DNA from: a virus
Taxonomy: Duplodnaviria > Caudoviricetes
IMG/VR virus record: IMGVR_UViG_3300043432_000484
Location: 1 to 64,000 of that record
DNA length: 64,000 bases
Direction: 5' to 3' (one strand)
The notes beneath the pieces are model-generated. The model was not told where the DNA came from. It worked only from the letters and a program-made list of their open reading frames with translations, and did not search any database. The first letter of the stretch is position 1. The number at the start of each line of letters is the position of its first letter. Made by a program: the position numbers and the translations under genes. Positions 18,723-28,097 of this stretch are shown one piece after another.

Positions 18723-19237
18723 CAGATTGCCGTCTGCACCATCAGGTAATTGTTGTTGGTGCTGTTGGGGGTTTGCATGATAGACCCAACTAGGAAGTTG
18801 TTGGCTCCGCGTGGATCACCCGAGATCGTCCATTCGTCTTGTGGTGTCCACAGCCCTCTGAGTGAGAAGCGCAGACGCTCCCCAACCGTGTACACGTTGG
18901 GGATAAGAGGCGGAATCAACCTTGACTGTAAAGTATATTTCTCATATGCCACGGTCGATATGATCCATGTCCCGGTTGCCGCCACTGCAAACTTGTAGGT
19001 TGGCTGATTGCCAGTGTAAGCCGAGAACTGGTCTGCTGACTCATTTGAGCCCCAGAGGAGGAATCCCCCGTATGTACCATCTGAATAGGTCGCCACGAAG
19101 TTGTCCACCCCCGTGTTAGCCCAAGTGACCGCTTGCCCTCCGGGCCATCCACTTGCAGCCATGGCGTCGTCAACCAACACGGGGACCGTGAGGTCTGTCA
19201 CCAGAACAATCAAGTCTCGTGAGCGTGGGATATCCAT
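18722..19237 (-). CDS. Decoration-protein paralogue 2
   Basis: Same shared motifs; YTVGERLRFSLRGLWT resembles YAVGDKLYASSNGLLT of 7791-8399. Confidence 0.7.
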   Translation of the reverse strand: MDIPRSRDLIVLVTDLTVPVLVDDAMAASGWPGGQAVTWANTGVDNFVATYSDGTYGGFLLWGSNESADQFSAYTGNQPTYKFAVAATGTWIISTVAYEKYTLQSRLIPPLIPNVYTVGERLRFSLRGLWTPQDEWTISGDPRGANNFLVGSIMQTPNSTNNNYLMVQTAI

Positions 19238-19758
19238 CAGATCGACACCTGGATAGTCATGAAACCGTTTCTTTCAGGGGTTGGCTGCTGAACCACGAAA
19301 GCAATGTAGTAGGAATTGGGAGCCCTCGGGTCACCGGCAAGAGTCCATTCATCCTCCTTGGTGAACAATCCCCTGAGGCTGAATACCAGTCGATCACTCG
19401 CATTGTAGGGGATCTCTACTAGAGGTCCACCTCCTGTCCTGGACGCATAGGTGTAACGCTCAAAGTTAGGGGTAGCGATGATCCATCCTCCAGCCCCCAA
19501 CACCACATATCGATACGTGGGTTGGTTTCTGGTGGTTCCTACAAACTCATCGCTGCTCTCGTCTGAGCCCCAGAGAGCGAATCCCCCATACAACCCATCT
19601 GACCGGGTAACCAGCAGCCGATCCCCTGAGGGAGGAGCCCATTGGAATCCCTGTCCGCCAACCCACCCGTCAGCGGCATCCTGATCCGTAACATCCACGG
19701 TCAAGGTGGCCCCCTTGAAGAAGACGATCACATCACGGGTGCGGGCAATCTCTGTCAT
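19237..19758 (-). CDS. Decoration-protein paralogue 1
   Basis: Same shared motifs. Confidence 0.7.
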   Translation of the reverse strand: MTEIARTRDVIVFFKGATLTVDVTDQDAADGWVGGQGFQWAPPSGDRLLVTRSDGLYGGFALWGSDESSDEFVGTTRNQPTYRYVVLGAGGWIIATPNFERYTYASRTGGGPLVEIPYNASDRLVFSLRGLFTKEDEWTLAGDPRAPNSYYIAFVVQQPTPERNGFMTIQVSI

Positions 19759-19997
19759 ACCGGCTGCTCCTTATCGGCACTTCGCGCTTGCCCCCACGCC
19801 ATAACGACGTTCTTGAGCAGCTCAAGCTGGGCGTGATCCCCCGCCCCGATTTTCCCCCACGAACCACCAAGCTTTCGGAATACTACCCGGATGGACGCGT
19901 AGTCCCGGGCACCCAGCATGATGGTGTCCGACACAACGTGTTGAACCATCTGCTGGATGACCTGGTTGGCAAACTGCTTGGGTTTGGGTTGATCCAT
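19755..19997 (-). CDS. Hypothetical protein
   Basis: 80-aa ORF coupled to the downstream gene. Confidence 0.65.
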   Translation of the reverse strand: MDQPKPKQFANQVIQQMVQHVVSDTIMLGARDYASIRVVFRKLGGSWGKIGAGDHAQLELLKNVVMAWGQARSADKEQPV

Positions 19998-20025
19998 CTA
20001 TAGAGCCGAACTTCAAGAAGATCCT

Positions 20026-22101
20026 CTACCTGGTCCCTCGAATCACCCGCGGCCGGGCGACGGCAGCTCTCCTGCCAGCGGCTCCGCCTGGACGATCCCC
20101 AAACCCACCGTGGCTCCTGGCACGCATCATTTGGTAGTTGCGGGACGACAGAGCAGGGGCGGCACGTCCCTGCATACCCTGACTACCGCCGTACACGAAC
20201 TTCTCGTTCCTGGCCCGTTCTGACGTCAACCAATTGGCGCGCACGTACGCGTCACTGAAGTCATCGTGAAACCCAGCAGCCTCTGGGGCGGCCACGATCA
20301 CAATGTTCTTGGAGGACTGTTGAGCCTGCAGGGTGAGAAGTTCCTGGATGTGGGAGGAATGCTTTTTCCCTCCCTCCACCGGGATCGGGTAGTCATACAA
20401 GCGCAAGCCCTTGTCGAACATCATCAGCTTGGTGTTTTGGTAGATCCTCGACGCCAAGTCCCTGGTGAAGTACTCGCTCTTGAACTGGGTCAAGCCCCTC
20501 TTGAGCAAGGACTGCTCCAGAGGAATGCCGTTCCAGCGGTCAAACAGGCCATCAGTGATGTAGAACCGCTTCGTGAGCTTCCAGATCCACTCGGAGATCT
20601 CATCGAACTCAAGACGAGGCACGTCCCCCAAGGTCCTGCAGTACTCTGTTGAGTAGTGGCCCTCCAGATGCGGATTGGTTTCTCGCCAGTCTACGCCAGC
20701 CTTCCAGATCTCGTGATACACAAGCTCCACTCGGCCGTTGATAAGCCCCGTGATGCAGATAGCGGTGGCGTCGTTCATCAACCCGATATCGATCCCCATC
20801 TGGTATGGGTATCTGGGAATGCCCATGAGCTGGGGACGTGAGTTGAAATCTACGCACTCCATGAGGTCAACTTCGCGCTCAATCCAGGCTCGAACTCGAT
20901 CACTGAACTCCGCCCCGTGCTCGGTCATGAACACGGTGGGGTCTTCATGGTACTTCTGTTGGTAGTACTCGGCCGGAACGGTTGGGTTGATCTCCCAAGT
21001 GGGGGCCTGAATGGCCAGCATGTTTTCCGAACCTGGGCCTTTGGTCATCGCCAAATGGTACAGCTCGTAGAACTTTCCCGTCTTGTTCAATGGTGACGAG
21101 ATGGATATGACCCGTGACTCCACCGGGTAAGCCGTGCCGTCCGCCTTGACCATCGGCATGCCGGTTTTGGGATTCTTGGGGGAATAGGTAGCGGTAGACG
21201 GGGTGACGGCGTCATAGATGTCCTTGGCCGAAGATTGCCCTTGGTCCTGGTAGTGGGCCATCTCGTCCATGATCACCACTGCGTTGGAGTGACCACGAAG
21301 GCCCTTGGCAACGCAGCTCTTGAAAGTGACGCGCAGCGTCGCCTTACCGTTGAAGCTGGTGAACTTGCCGTTCTGATGTCTCGCTGTTGGACCGAACCTT
21401 TCGATGTCATACGGGGTTCGGAACTGAATGTGGCTCAAGGTGTTGTTCGCGATGTGCGGCTTGAAGTAGTCACACTTAGCCAAGTGAGTGGTCACCTCAT
21501 TGAAGAGAATGCCCGCCTGTTCCTTGTCGGTAGCCACGGAAACAATCTGGATACGGTTGCCGTTTGGGAACCCGTAGTAGGCCTGAGGGTTGTACAAGTT
21601 CAGCAGCCGGTACACTTCGTAGCTGGCGAAGATGGAGCTGAGGGTCGTCTTGCCACCACGGCGGCCGATACTCAGGATGAGCTGCCTACGCTCCCTGTCT
21701 TGCTCCTTGATGTTGCATCGCCCCTCATTGTAGAGGAAGTGCAGGTACTCCAGCTCGGTGAAGTGGTACAGCACCTTGGTGCCGAGCATGTCCTTGATCT
21801 CGATCGTCTTCTCCTTGTCCTCCAAGGGCATGAAGTAGTAGAGCTTGACCAAGAAGCGCTGGACCGGGTAGAGCTTCATGGACAGGCCCCATGATTGCTC
21901 AATGTACTCCAGGATGTTGAAAATCTTGGGCTTGAACGGTCTCACTTCGTCGAGCACAAACTCAGCAGATGGGTTCGCAGCTACTCGTTCAGCGTCTTCC
22001 CGTTCAGCGTCTCGTATCTCGATCTGTTTCTTACCTAGTGTGCCAGCATCGCGAATCAACTTTGCGATGCCTTCCCCGGAGGGTTTCTTTTTCGGTGCCA
22101 T
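20026..22101 (-). CDS. terL: Terminase large subunit
   Basis: Walker A GRRGGKT, Walker B VIMDE, coupling motif ISSP, nuclease GIDIG...FDRW...HDDFSDA. Confidence 0.9.
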   Translation of the reverse strand: MAPKKKPSGEGIAKLIRDAGTLGKKQIEIRDAEREDAERVAANPSAEFVLDEVRPFKPKIFNILEYIEQSWGLSMKLYPVQRFLVKLYYFMPLEDKEKTIEIKDMLGTKVLYHFTELEYLHFLYNEGRCNIKEQDRERRQLILSIGRRGGKTTLSSIFASYEVYRLLNLYNPQAYYGFPNGNRIQIVSVATDKEQAGILFNEVTTHLAKCDYFKPHIANNTLSHIQFRTPYDIERFGPTARHQNGKFTSFNGKATLRVTFKSCVAKGLRGHSNAVVIMDEMAHYQDQGQSSAKDIYDAVTPSTATYSPKNPKTGMPMVKADGTAYPVESRVISISSPLNKTGKFYELYHLAMTKGPGSENMLAIQAPTWEINPTVPAEYYQQKYHEDPTVFMTEHGAEFSDRVRAWIEREVDLMECVDFNSRPQLMGIPRYPYQMGIDIGLMNDATAICITGLINGRVELVYHEIWKAGVDWRETNPHLEGHYSTEYCRTLGDVPRLEFDEISEWIWKLTKRFYITDGLFDRWNGIPLEQSLLKRGLTQFKSEYFTRDLASRIYQNTKLMMFDKGLRLYDYPIPVEGGKKHSSHIQELLTLQAQQSSKNIVIVAAPEAAGFHDDFSDAYVRANWLTSERARNEKFVYGGSQGMQGRAAPALSSRNYQMMRARSHGGFGDRPGGAAGRRAAVARPRVIRGTR

Positions 22102-22121
22102 GTGTTACCAATAGACTCGCC

Positions 22122-22754
22122 TCACCGCACTAGCTCAGCTGCCTTCTCTTCCCAACCATCCATCACGGAGGTCAACTTGTTGAAGAACAGATTGTACTGC
22201 TCGGCATTGAGCGTCTCCACACCGGCGGTCTGGACCATGTCGATCATCATCTTGATCACCCGCTGGAACTTCTCACTGTATACATCAATCTGATCAACGC
22301 CTATTTTGCGCATCTCCAGTTCAATGTCGGCTATCTTCTTGAGTGCGTCGATACGCCGACTTGAAATGGGGCTACTGTCCTTACCCAGCTTTTCGTTCAA
22401 CGAACGCTGGTAAGCCATGACAGCTTGCTCCCTAGCTATCTCCATCTTCAGAGCATTCAGAAGGACCATTGGGTCCCTACCATTGGCGCTCTGCACCACT
22501 GGGTTAGCGGAAATGAAGCGCTCTCGCTCCTCCGCCGTAGACTCATAGTATTCGATGTCCTCCTGAGAAGGACGGGATGGTGCCCCTCTGCCCGTCGCCT
22601 GTGGTCTAGGTCTGGGAGACATCGCGCGCCCTCCGGCGGCTGCCGTAGTTTTTGAATGCATGAGGACTACCTGGTTAGCGGAAACCGGTACCGCTGGCTT
22701 AGAGGCCTCTAGGTCCAGCAGCTCTTCCAGTTCTTTGTCAAATGGATCTGGCAT
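22122..22754 (-). CDS. Hypothetical protein, candidate terminase small subunit
   Basis: Helical 210-aa ORF immediately upstream of terL; function inferred from position only. Confidence 0.5.
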   Translation of the reverse strand: MPDPFDKELEELLDLEASKPAVPVSANQVVLMHSKTTAAAGGRAMSPRPRPQATGRGAPSRPSQEDIEYYESTAEERERFISANPVVQSANGRDPMVLLNALKMEIAREQAVMAYQRSLNEKLGKDSSPISSRRIDALKKIADIELEMRKIGVDQIDVYSEKFQRVIKMMIDMVQTAGVETLNAEQYNLFFNKLTSVMDGWEEKAAELVR

Positions 22755-22757
22755 GGC

Positions 22758-23153
22758 TCACCTACTGACGGGCTTAGTACCACCACCACCGCCTGTCTCG
22801 ATCAGATACTGACTGAGATTCTTGACGGTGTCGTACCCCTTGTCCTTCGGGATCTGATTGTGGATTGCTTTCTCCATGTCCCGGTACCCGTTGACCACGT
22901 AGTTCAACATCATGACGTTGTTGGCGTTGGCATTGAACACGTCTGAAGGGCGGATGTCTTTGCTGTCTGGCTTGATCTGGTCCTCACGCCCGCTTTCGGA
23001 CTTGGCGTTGTTCTTGACCACGCTCTTAGATATGCCCTTCTGAGAGTTGATCGGGAACACCAGGTCACGCGTATCCTTACGCGCCCCGGGCACCTGATCT
23101 GCCCGCCTCAAAAAGCGAGTGGCTACCTTCAGAGATAGGAGAGGATGGTTCAC
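22758..23153 (-). CDS. Hypothetical head-associated protein
   Basis: N-terminal LKVATRFLRRA motif. Confidence 0.7.
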   Translation of the reverse strand: MNHPLLSLKVATRFLRRADQVPGARKDTRDLVFPINSQKGISKSVVKNNAKSESGREDQIKPDSKDIRPSDVFNANANNVMMLNYVVNGYRDMEKAIHNQIPKDKGYDTVKNLSQYLIETGGGGGTKPVSR

Positions 23154-25000
23154 AGCTTGATCTTCCCGGTCCCAAACATCAGGGTGACGTCTCGGACCAC
23201 TTCCGCAGCCTTCACATCAACCTGCATTTCGTTCTGCATCTGGAACTCATCGATCATGGATGCCCCGTTGTTCACGAGAGACGCGTAGCTGATCTCCGTA
23301 GAATTTCCTGAAGCCAGTATCTCACGCTGTTGGGCGTACTTGTCCACGTATGGAGGCTCATGAGCCAACTTCTTGTTGAGCTTGGAGCAATAACCGTTCT
23401 TGACCTGATGGACGCAAGATCCGCACTTGCTGCCGGTTTTGACGTACTCCACCAAGCGTGTGCCGTGAAGCCTGGAGGCCTCGTTGCAACCCTTGCCGTA
23501 GTCGTCATACGCCGTTGGGTCCACGTAGTAGATCCCCTGCAGCCCTTGCTCGGCCAACACAGTCTTCAGCTCCGCCTTAGACGCTATGAGGTCACGAGTC
23601 TCAAAGCTCGCGGTCAAGGCCTCCATCAAGTCGTTACCGTACAGGCCCTCATTCATGAACTGAGATGCCTTCTTGATGATCTCACGACGTGTCAGCCCGC
23701 TCGTTTTGTGGTTTACCGTGTTGCCATGGAAACCGCTCATCATCCCCATACGGGGCGCCGCGGTCTGAATCTGAGGGGCCTTACGCACTTCATTGTAGAT
23801 TGCGCGTAGGGCTGCGGTCGGGGTATCCCCCCAGCTGCTTGCCGTTCTGTTGTCCCATTGAGGCAGGCGCCCAGCGATCCGATGCTCAGTGAGTACAGCT
23901 TCTACGGTAGCAAATGTGAGGGGCTTGCCAGCTTGACCAGGGGTCAACCCAAGCCCGGCTTGCTTAAGCAGTGGGCGCCAATACTGGTTGGTCCGCACCA
24001 ACAGGCTATTGTCGAAAGCCAACTTCATGCTGGCCACCAACTCTTCATGGGACAACCCGCCGGACATCTCACGATGCAAGAAGTTCAAGACCGAACGGGC
24101 TTCCAGAGCCACCTTGTCCTCAGCCTGCTTCTTACGAAGAAGCGAGGTAGCCTGTACCAGCTTCTCCTGAGCCACCTCAGGAGCGATCTGAATCTTGGGC
24201 TGATGATTGGTTCCCTGCCCCACATACGTCTGGCCCGAGGCCACAATCGTGGAATCGGAAGCCAGATAGGCACGGCGGATGCGCTCCTTAGGCTCCATGC
24301 CAGTTGAGGCTTGGATAGAACGACCGCGAGCTGCTTGAGCCTTCTCAACGAGTGAAGCCAAGCGCGCCGTGTAGGGCACTTCGGTTACCAGTTCCCTGTG
24401 AAACTGACTGCAATGCCCAGGATCGTTAGCTTGGGCAGTCTGGCAATGAGAGCACCCACTGCAGGCTTCCTTTGACAACGTGTACTGGGCCGTAGAAGCA
24501 TACTTGCTGATGAACGCCTCAGCCTTGGCCTTGTCCACCCCAGAGAAATCTTCAGCCACGATGTAGTAGCGCCCCACCAAACCGCGTTCATCTAGGACGC
24601 TAGCCAATACGTCCCGGTACTCCCGCAGGGTGTCCAACGGATAGCGCTTCGCCAAGGACTCTTTGAATCTGGTCAGGTCATTTGACTGCATGAGGGCAAG
24701 GCGAGCCACCTTGGCGATCTCTTCCGCCTGACCACGTAGGCGGCCGTGCTCCTGACTCATGTCCCCCATCGTCTTAGGGTTCGAGATCCCCATAGTCGGA
24801 ACGGGTACAACATTCGGGATCAGGTATGTGGTGGGGGACTCTCCCTCTCGTGCCCAAAAAGCTTCGAGGTCTGGTTGGATGTCCAGGTTCTGCTTAGGCA
24901 GATGGTCCTGTTTCCTGTACTCAGACTCGTCCACTTCCAACCAGTCAAGGTTGGCCACCGAGGCGTCTTTCAAAAACGTAGTAAGGTCTAGATCAGCCAT
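23150..25000 (-). CDS. Hypothetical virion-associated protein with two Cys-rich repeats
   Basis: E.GL.G.YY...C.[GS]C.H...C...[RK]L..E.PY occurs twice. Confidence 0.75.
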   Translation of the reverse strand: MADLDLTTFLKDASVANLDWLEVDESEYRKQDHLPKQNLDIQPDLEAFWAREGESPTTYLIPNVVPVPTMGISNPKTMGDMSQEHGRLRGQAEEIAKVARLALMQSNDLTRFKESLAKRYPLDTLREYRDVLASVLDERGLVGRYYIVAEDFSGVDKAKAEAFISKYASTAQYTLSKEACSGCSHCQTAQANDPGHCSQFHRELVTEVPYTARLASLVEKAQAARGRSIQASTGMEPKERIRRAYLASDSTIVASGQTYVGQGTNHQPKIQIAPEVAQEKLVQATSLLRKKQAEDKVALEARSVLNFLHREMSGGLSHEELVASMKLAFDNSLLVRTNQYWRPLLKQAGLGLTPGQAGKPLTFATVEAVLTEHRIAGRLPQWDNRTASSWGDTPTAALRAIYNEVRKAPQIQTAAPRMGMMSGFHGNTVNHKTSGLTRREIIKKASQFMNEGLYGNDLMEALTASFETRDLIASKAELKTVLAEQGLQGIYYVDPTAYDDYGKGCNEASRLHGTRLVEYVKTGSKCGSCVHQVKNGYCSKLNKKLAHEPPYVDKYAQQREILASGNSTEISYASLVNNGASMIDEFQMQNEMQVDVKAAEVVRDVTLMFGTGKIKL

Positions 25001-25003
25001 GGT

Positions 25004-26503
25004 TCAGCCTTCCCTAACGTAGGGTCCTTGTTCATCACGTTGGTTGGTGTCGTCAGGACGCATGTTGCGAGTATTGTAGTCCCACTTGATGTAAGGCTGA
25101 GTGCCTTGCTCAAAACGGTATCCAACCCCGGGTTGTACATCCATCTTGGATTCAAAATCGTTGCGAGGATCTCCACTAGGAATCTCGGAGTCCCCGCGCA
25201 CCGTGTTGAACTGGTTAGAACCCTTGTCTCCACGATAGTAGTCAGACCTCGCAACCCCCGGCTCCCCATCATTGGGAAGCTCGGAGTCAGACTTCCAATC
25301 CATGGCCGTGCGACGGCCTACTGATAGCTCGATCGATGGGGTGCTATCGCTCTCCTCATCCCGAGTCTTTCCTGCTGGGTCACTTGGCAATTCAGCGTAC
25401 GGCCCAAACACTCCCTTGCCGTCGGGATCCGGGTTGGCGTACCCTCCGGCTCCTTGGCCATGGGCGTCATTCCCCTCACTGTAACCGAGCCCAAAATCAT
25501 AGCCCTCAGTTCTGGTGGGGTCAGTGTTCGAATCCGGGATACCAGATGTGGCAGTCTTCTCTGGCTGCTCATTCTCCCATTCCGACTCGTAGAGGTACTC
25601 GTTCCCGACCCCATCGCTCTTGCTCCAGGGATCATTCATCGACTGAGGTTCCTCGGTATTGTACGAACCGAATGGACCCGTCTGATCCACGTCCCCTCGA
25701 TCGAGGTGCTGAACCCGTGGCCCAGGGAGAGTCTCAACCGGCACAGAGGAATTGGAGAACCTCATCAAGATTCGATCTCTCAGTGTCAGAGATGCAGTCT
25801 TGGTGCGCTTGGCAGACTCACTATCGGATCCATCAGACCCGTCTGGGATTTCTGAGCTAGAGGAATCTGGCTCATGGGCATCCTTGAGATCAGCCTTGTC
25901 CCCTTCTTCAGCTGCCTCGTCTACGTCATCCTCGGATTCCCCTTCCGGGTCCTCCAGATTCTTGTCCGCCTCTCCAACCAAGCGCTCGACCTCTTCCAAG
26001 TCCTCTTTCTCAAGCTCGGCTAGCTTTGGCTTCCAATGAGGGGCGTGCAACTCATCATGGATGGTATCAGCAACCGCCGAGATGGCTTCACACGCCCCGT
26101 AAAGGGAAGCACGAACGTCCTTCACGGACATCACGTATCCACGACCACCAATCAAACCGTCCGGAGAGATGGTCACCGACTTGAGCTTAGTGAACTCCCG
26201 GTGAGCGGTCATCGCATGCCCGAGAGCCACGCTCAGAGCAAAGGACATCTTGGCCAAAGGCTCCAAGGCCTTTGGGTCATACTCGTATCCTTTGGGGATA
26301 GCCCGCTTCAGGTGCCCTCCCACTTCATTGTCCACGCCGCTCCCGCCACTTCCGGTCTCTTGCTGAGACGAAGGTGGAACCTCTCCCGCTACGCGCACCT
26401 GTCCCTGAAGCCCTGCAAGCTTCATCTGGGCCTCTAGAGATTTCTTCTCAGAAGCCTGGACGTGGCGGCGTAGTCTGGCCAAGGTTTTCTTTCGTGCTTG
26501 CAT
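25004..26503 (-). CDS. Acidic low-complexity hypothetical protein (head-associated)
   Basis: 499 aa, D/E/G/S-rich; TKTAS, EKTAT, RRTAM sites. Confidence 0.75.
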   Translation of the reverse strand: MQARKKTLARLRRHVQASEKKSLEAQMKLAGLQGQVRVAGEVPPSSQQETGSGGSGVDNEVGGHLKRAIPKGYEYDPKALEPLAKMSFALSVALGHAMTAHREFTKLKSVTISPDGLIGGRGYVMSVKDVRASLYGACEAISAVADTIHDELHAPHWKPKLAELEKEDLEEVERLVGEADKNLEDPEGESEDDVDEAAEEGDKADLKDAHEPDSSSSEIPDGSDGSDSESAKRTKTASLTLRDRILMRFSNSSVPVETLPGPRVQHLDRGDVDQTGPFGSYNTEEPQSMNDPWSKSDGVGNEYLYESEWENEQPEKTATSGIPDSNTDPTRTEGYDFGLGYSEGNDAHGQGAGGYANPDPDGKGVFGPYAELPSDPAGKTRDEESDSTPSIELSVGRRTAMDWKSDSELPNDGEPGVARSDYYRGDKGSNQFNTVRGDSEIPSGDPRNDFESKMDVQPGVGYRFEQGTQPYIKWDYNTRNMRPDDTNQRDEQGPYVREG

Positions 26504-26508
26504 TCAGT

Positions 26509-26838
26509 TTAGCCCTTGATGGGATCTCCGTTGTCATCGAACAAGCGCTCAATGAAGTAGCTCCCGTCCGCTTCCTTCTTGAGTGCCCACAAGTCCCGAT
26601 CACTCTTGTGTACCAGGGTGTCAGAGGACAGACGAATGAATGGTTTCAGAGCAGCCACAGAAGCAACCTTGGTCCGGCCTGTGGAGGGCGGTTTCAAGAT
26701 GTGGGCCTCACGAGCGAACAATGAGTCAAGACCCGGAGATCCAGACACCTCCATCCCGCCCAGGTCAAAGTTGGCCCGGCCAGGATTTCTGGTAGCTAGA
26801 CGCAGCACTTCCTCATTGCTCAGATCGAAATCATCCAT
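26509..26838 (-). CDS. Hypothetical protein
   Basis: Likely start ATG 26838 (MDDFDLS) after GAGG; C-terminal LVHKSDRDLW...IERLFDDNG. Confidence 0.7.
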   Translation of the reverse strand: MDDFDLSNEEVLRLATRNPGRANFDLGGMEVSGSPGLDSLFAREAHILKPPSTGRTKVASVAALKPFIRLSSDTLVHKSDRDLWALKKEADGSYFIERLFDDNGDPIKG

Positions 26839-26846
26839 TGGTCGCC

Positions 26847-27743
26847 TCACGAGATGTTGAGTGTCACCGGTACGTCTACCGTCATATTGTCGCTGTACCC
26901 GGTAATCCTGAGAGTTTCGGTGTACACACCGACCCCCATACTGTTTGAAGGGGCTACGACTACCGTTATGGGCTGAGTGCCACCACCATTGATGGACCCA
27001 TACACGGGAGCAAAGCTCACCAGCCAAGGAACCCCTGTCAGCTTCCGGATCTGGTAGTCCAGAACTGAAGTGCTGGGACCGCTGTTAGCTAAAGAGATCT
27101 GCTGGGAAGGAATCGAAGGGAAGGGGCCGCTCAACGGGGCCGCCACATTGAACTGCAGACTGACCGGGCTAGGTGCAATCGTGGCCTTAGGTCTCACGAT
27201 CACATTGACCGGAATCGTCTGGGGGCTATTGGTAGCCTCGTTGCTCTGCACCGAAAGTGCCGCGGCATAGGGGCTGCCAACAGCCAACAAGTTGGTGCTG
27301 TCCACCGAGACGTTGAAAGTGCCCGAGGCATGGGCTACCAGGCCTCCGACATTTGCTGGCACCGGGAACACGTAAGGGGCAGAGCTGGTGACCGTCGCCG
27401 ACAGCAAGGACCCTAGGATTCCGTTGTTGGTGAGCAGGACCGGGATAGCCGAAGAGACTCCGCGTCCCTCGTCCACCACGAAGGTCATCGAGACCTCGCT
27501 CAGCAGGATTGATGGAGTGTACGCAGACTGCACCTCTGCAATCGAATCGGCCATTGCCTGGACCACTTCGCCGGGGATGGGGATCATGTCCACCATCCTC
27601 CCGTACGGGGTGATCACGTCACGGATCTGGGTGCTAACCACGGCCTGGGACACGTCCACGCGCGTAGTCCAGCGCCACGCCCCCGTGTTCATGGTGAGCT
27701 GGTACTGGTAATCCTGAAAGCGTAGTAGGGATTGGATCGCCAA
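26847..27743 (-). CDS. Ig-like (BACON-type) domain virion protein
   Basis: SPVSLQF...ISLANSG...PWLVSFAPVYGSI...GVYTETLRITG...VPVTLNIS; beta-rich tandem domains. Confidence 0.65.
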   Translation of the reverse strand: MAIQSLLRFQDYQYQLTMNTGAWRWTTRVDVSQAVVSTQIRDVITPYGRMVDMIPIPGEVVQAMADSIAEVQSAYTPSILLSEVSMTFVVDEGRGVSSAIPVLLTNNGILGSLLSATVTSSAPYVFPVPANVGGLVAHASGTFNVSVDSTNLLAVGSPYAAALSVQSNEATNSPQTIPVNVIVRPKATIAPSPVSLQFNVAAPLSGPFPSIPSQQISLANSGPSTSVLDYQIRKLTGVPWLVSFAPVYGSINGGGTQPITVVVAPSNSMGVGVYTETLRITGYSDNMTVDVPVTLNIS

Positions 27744-27902
27744 CGAGAAGTCCTCGTTACAGGCGAACTCATAAAAGAAAACCGGTACTGGGCAAAGACC
27801 CGGAAAAACTCCCTTGTGAAAACGCTCCGGGTAGAGGTCATCTAACCGGAGCGTTCTATGCCGTAAAACCGATAGTCCAACAGTTGCAAGGAGCCTTTTG
27901 CA

Positions 27903-28007
27903 GTGGAGCGTCGACCAAAACTGACTCCACCGCGGATAGGGACCTTGCGTCCTTTTTCAATTACGCTGGGCCATAAGGAAAAAACCAGCGAAAACGTAGG
28001 AGGCTAA
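27903..28007 (+). CDS. Putative leader peptide (34 aa)
   Basis: AAGGAG RBS then GTG; MERRPKLTPPRIGTLRPFSITLGHKEKTSENVGG; TAA lies 3 nt before the next ATG. Confidence 0.35.
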   Translation: MERRPKLTPPRIGTLRPFSITLGHKEKTSENVGG

Positions 28008-28010
28008 GCC

Positions 28011-28088
28011 ATGGAAATCCGTGTAGCTATAGTCCTATGGGTCACCTGGGTGTTGATACCCGTTGTTGTGATCCTTTCTTCGGTGTAA
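28011..28088 (+). CDS. Small hydrophobic single-TM peptide (25 aa), type I toxin-like
   Basis: Perfect AGGAGG RBS 7 nt upstream; MEIRVAIVLWVTWVLIPVVVILSSV; hairpin follows. Confidence 0.55.
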   Translation: MEIRVAIVLWVTWVLIPVVVILSSV

Positions 28089-28097
28089 TATAAACCG

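Noticed and set aside
27788-27856. c-di-GMP-like riboswitch (GGCAAA...GAAA)
   Set aside because: The required paired stems and conserved second-hairpin motif could not be built; an Infernal search would be needed.
27848-27866. Minigene GGAG-N6-ATG CCG TAA
   Set aside because: Too short to distinguish from chance, and its RBS is within a stem.
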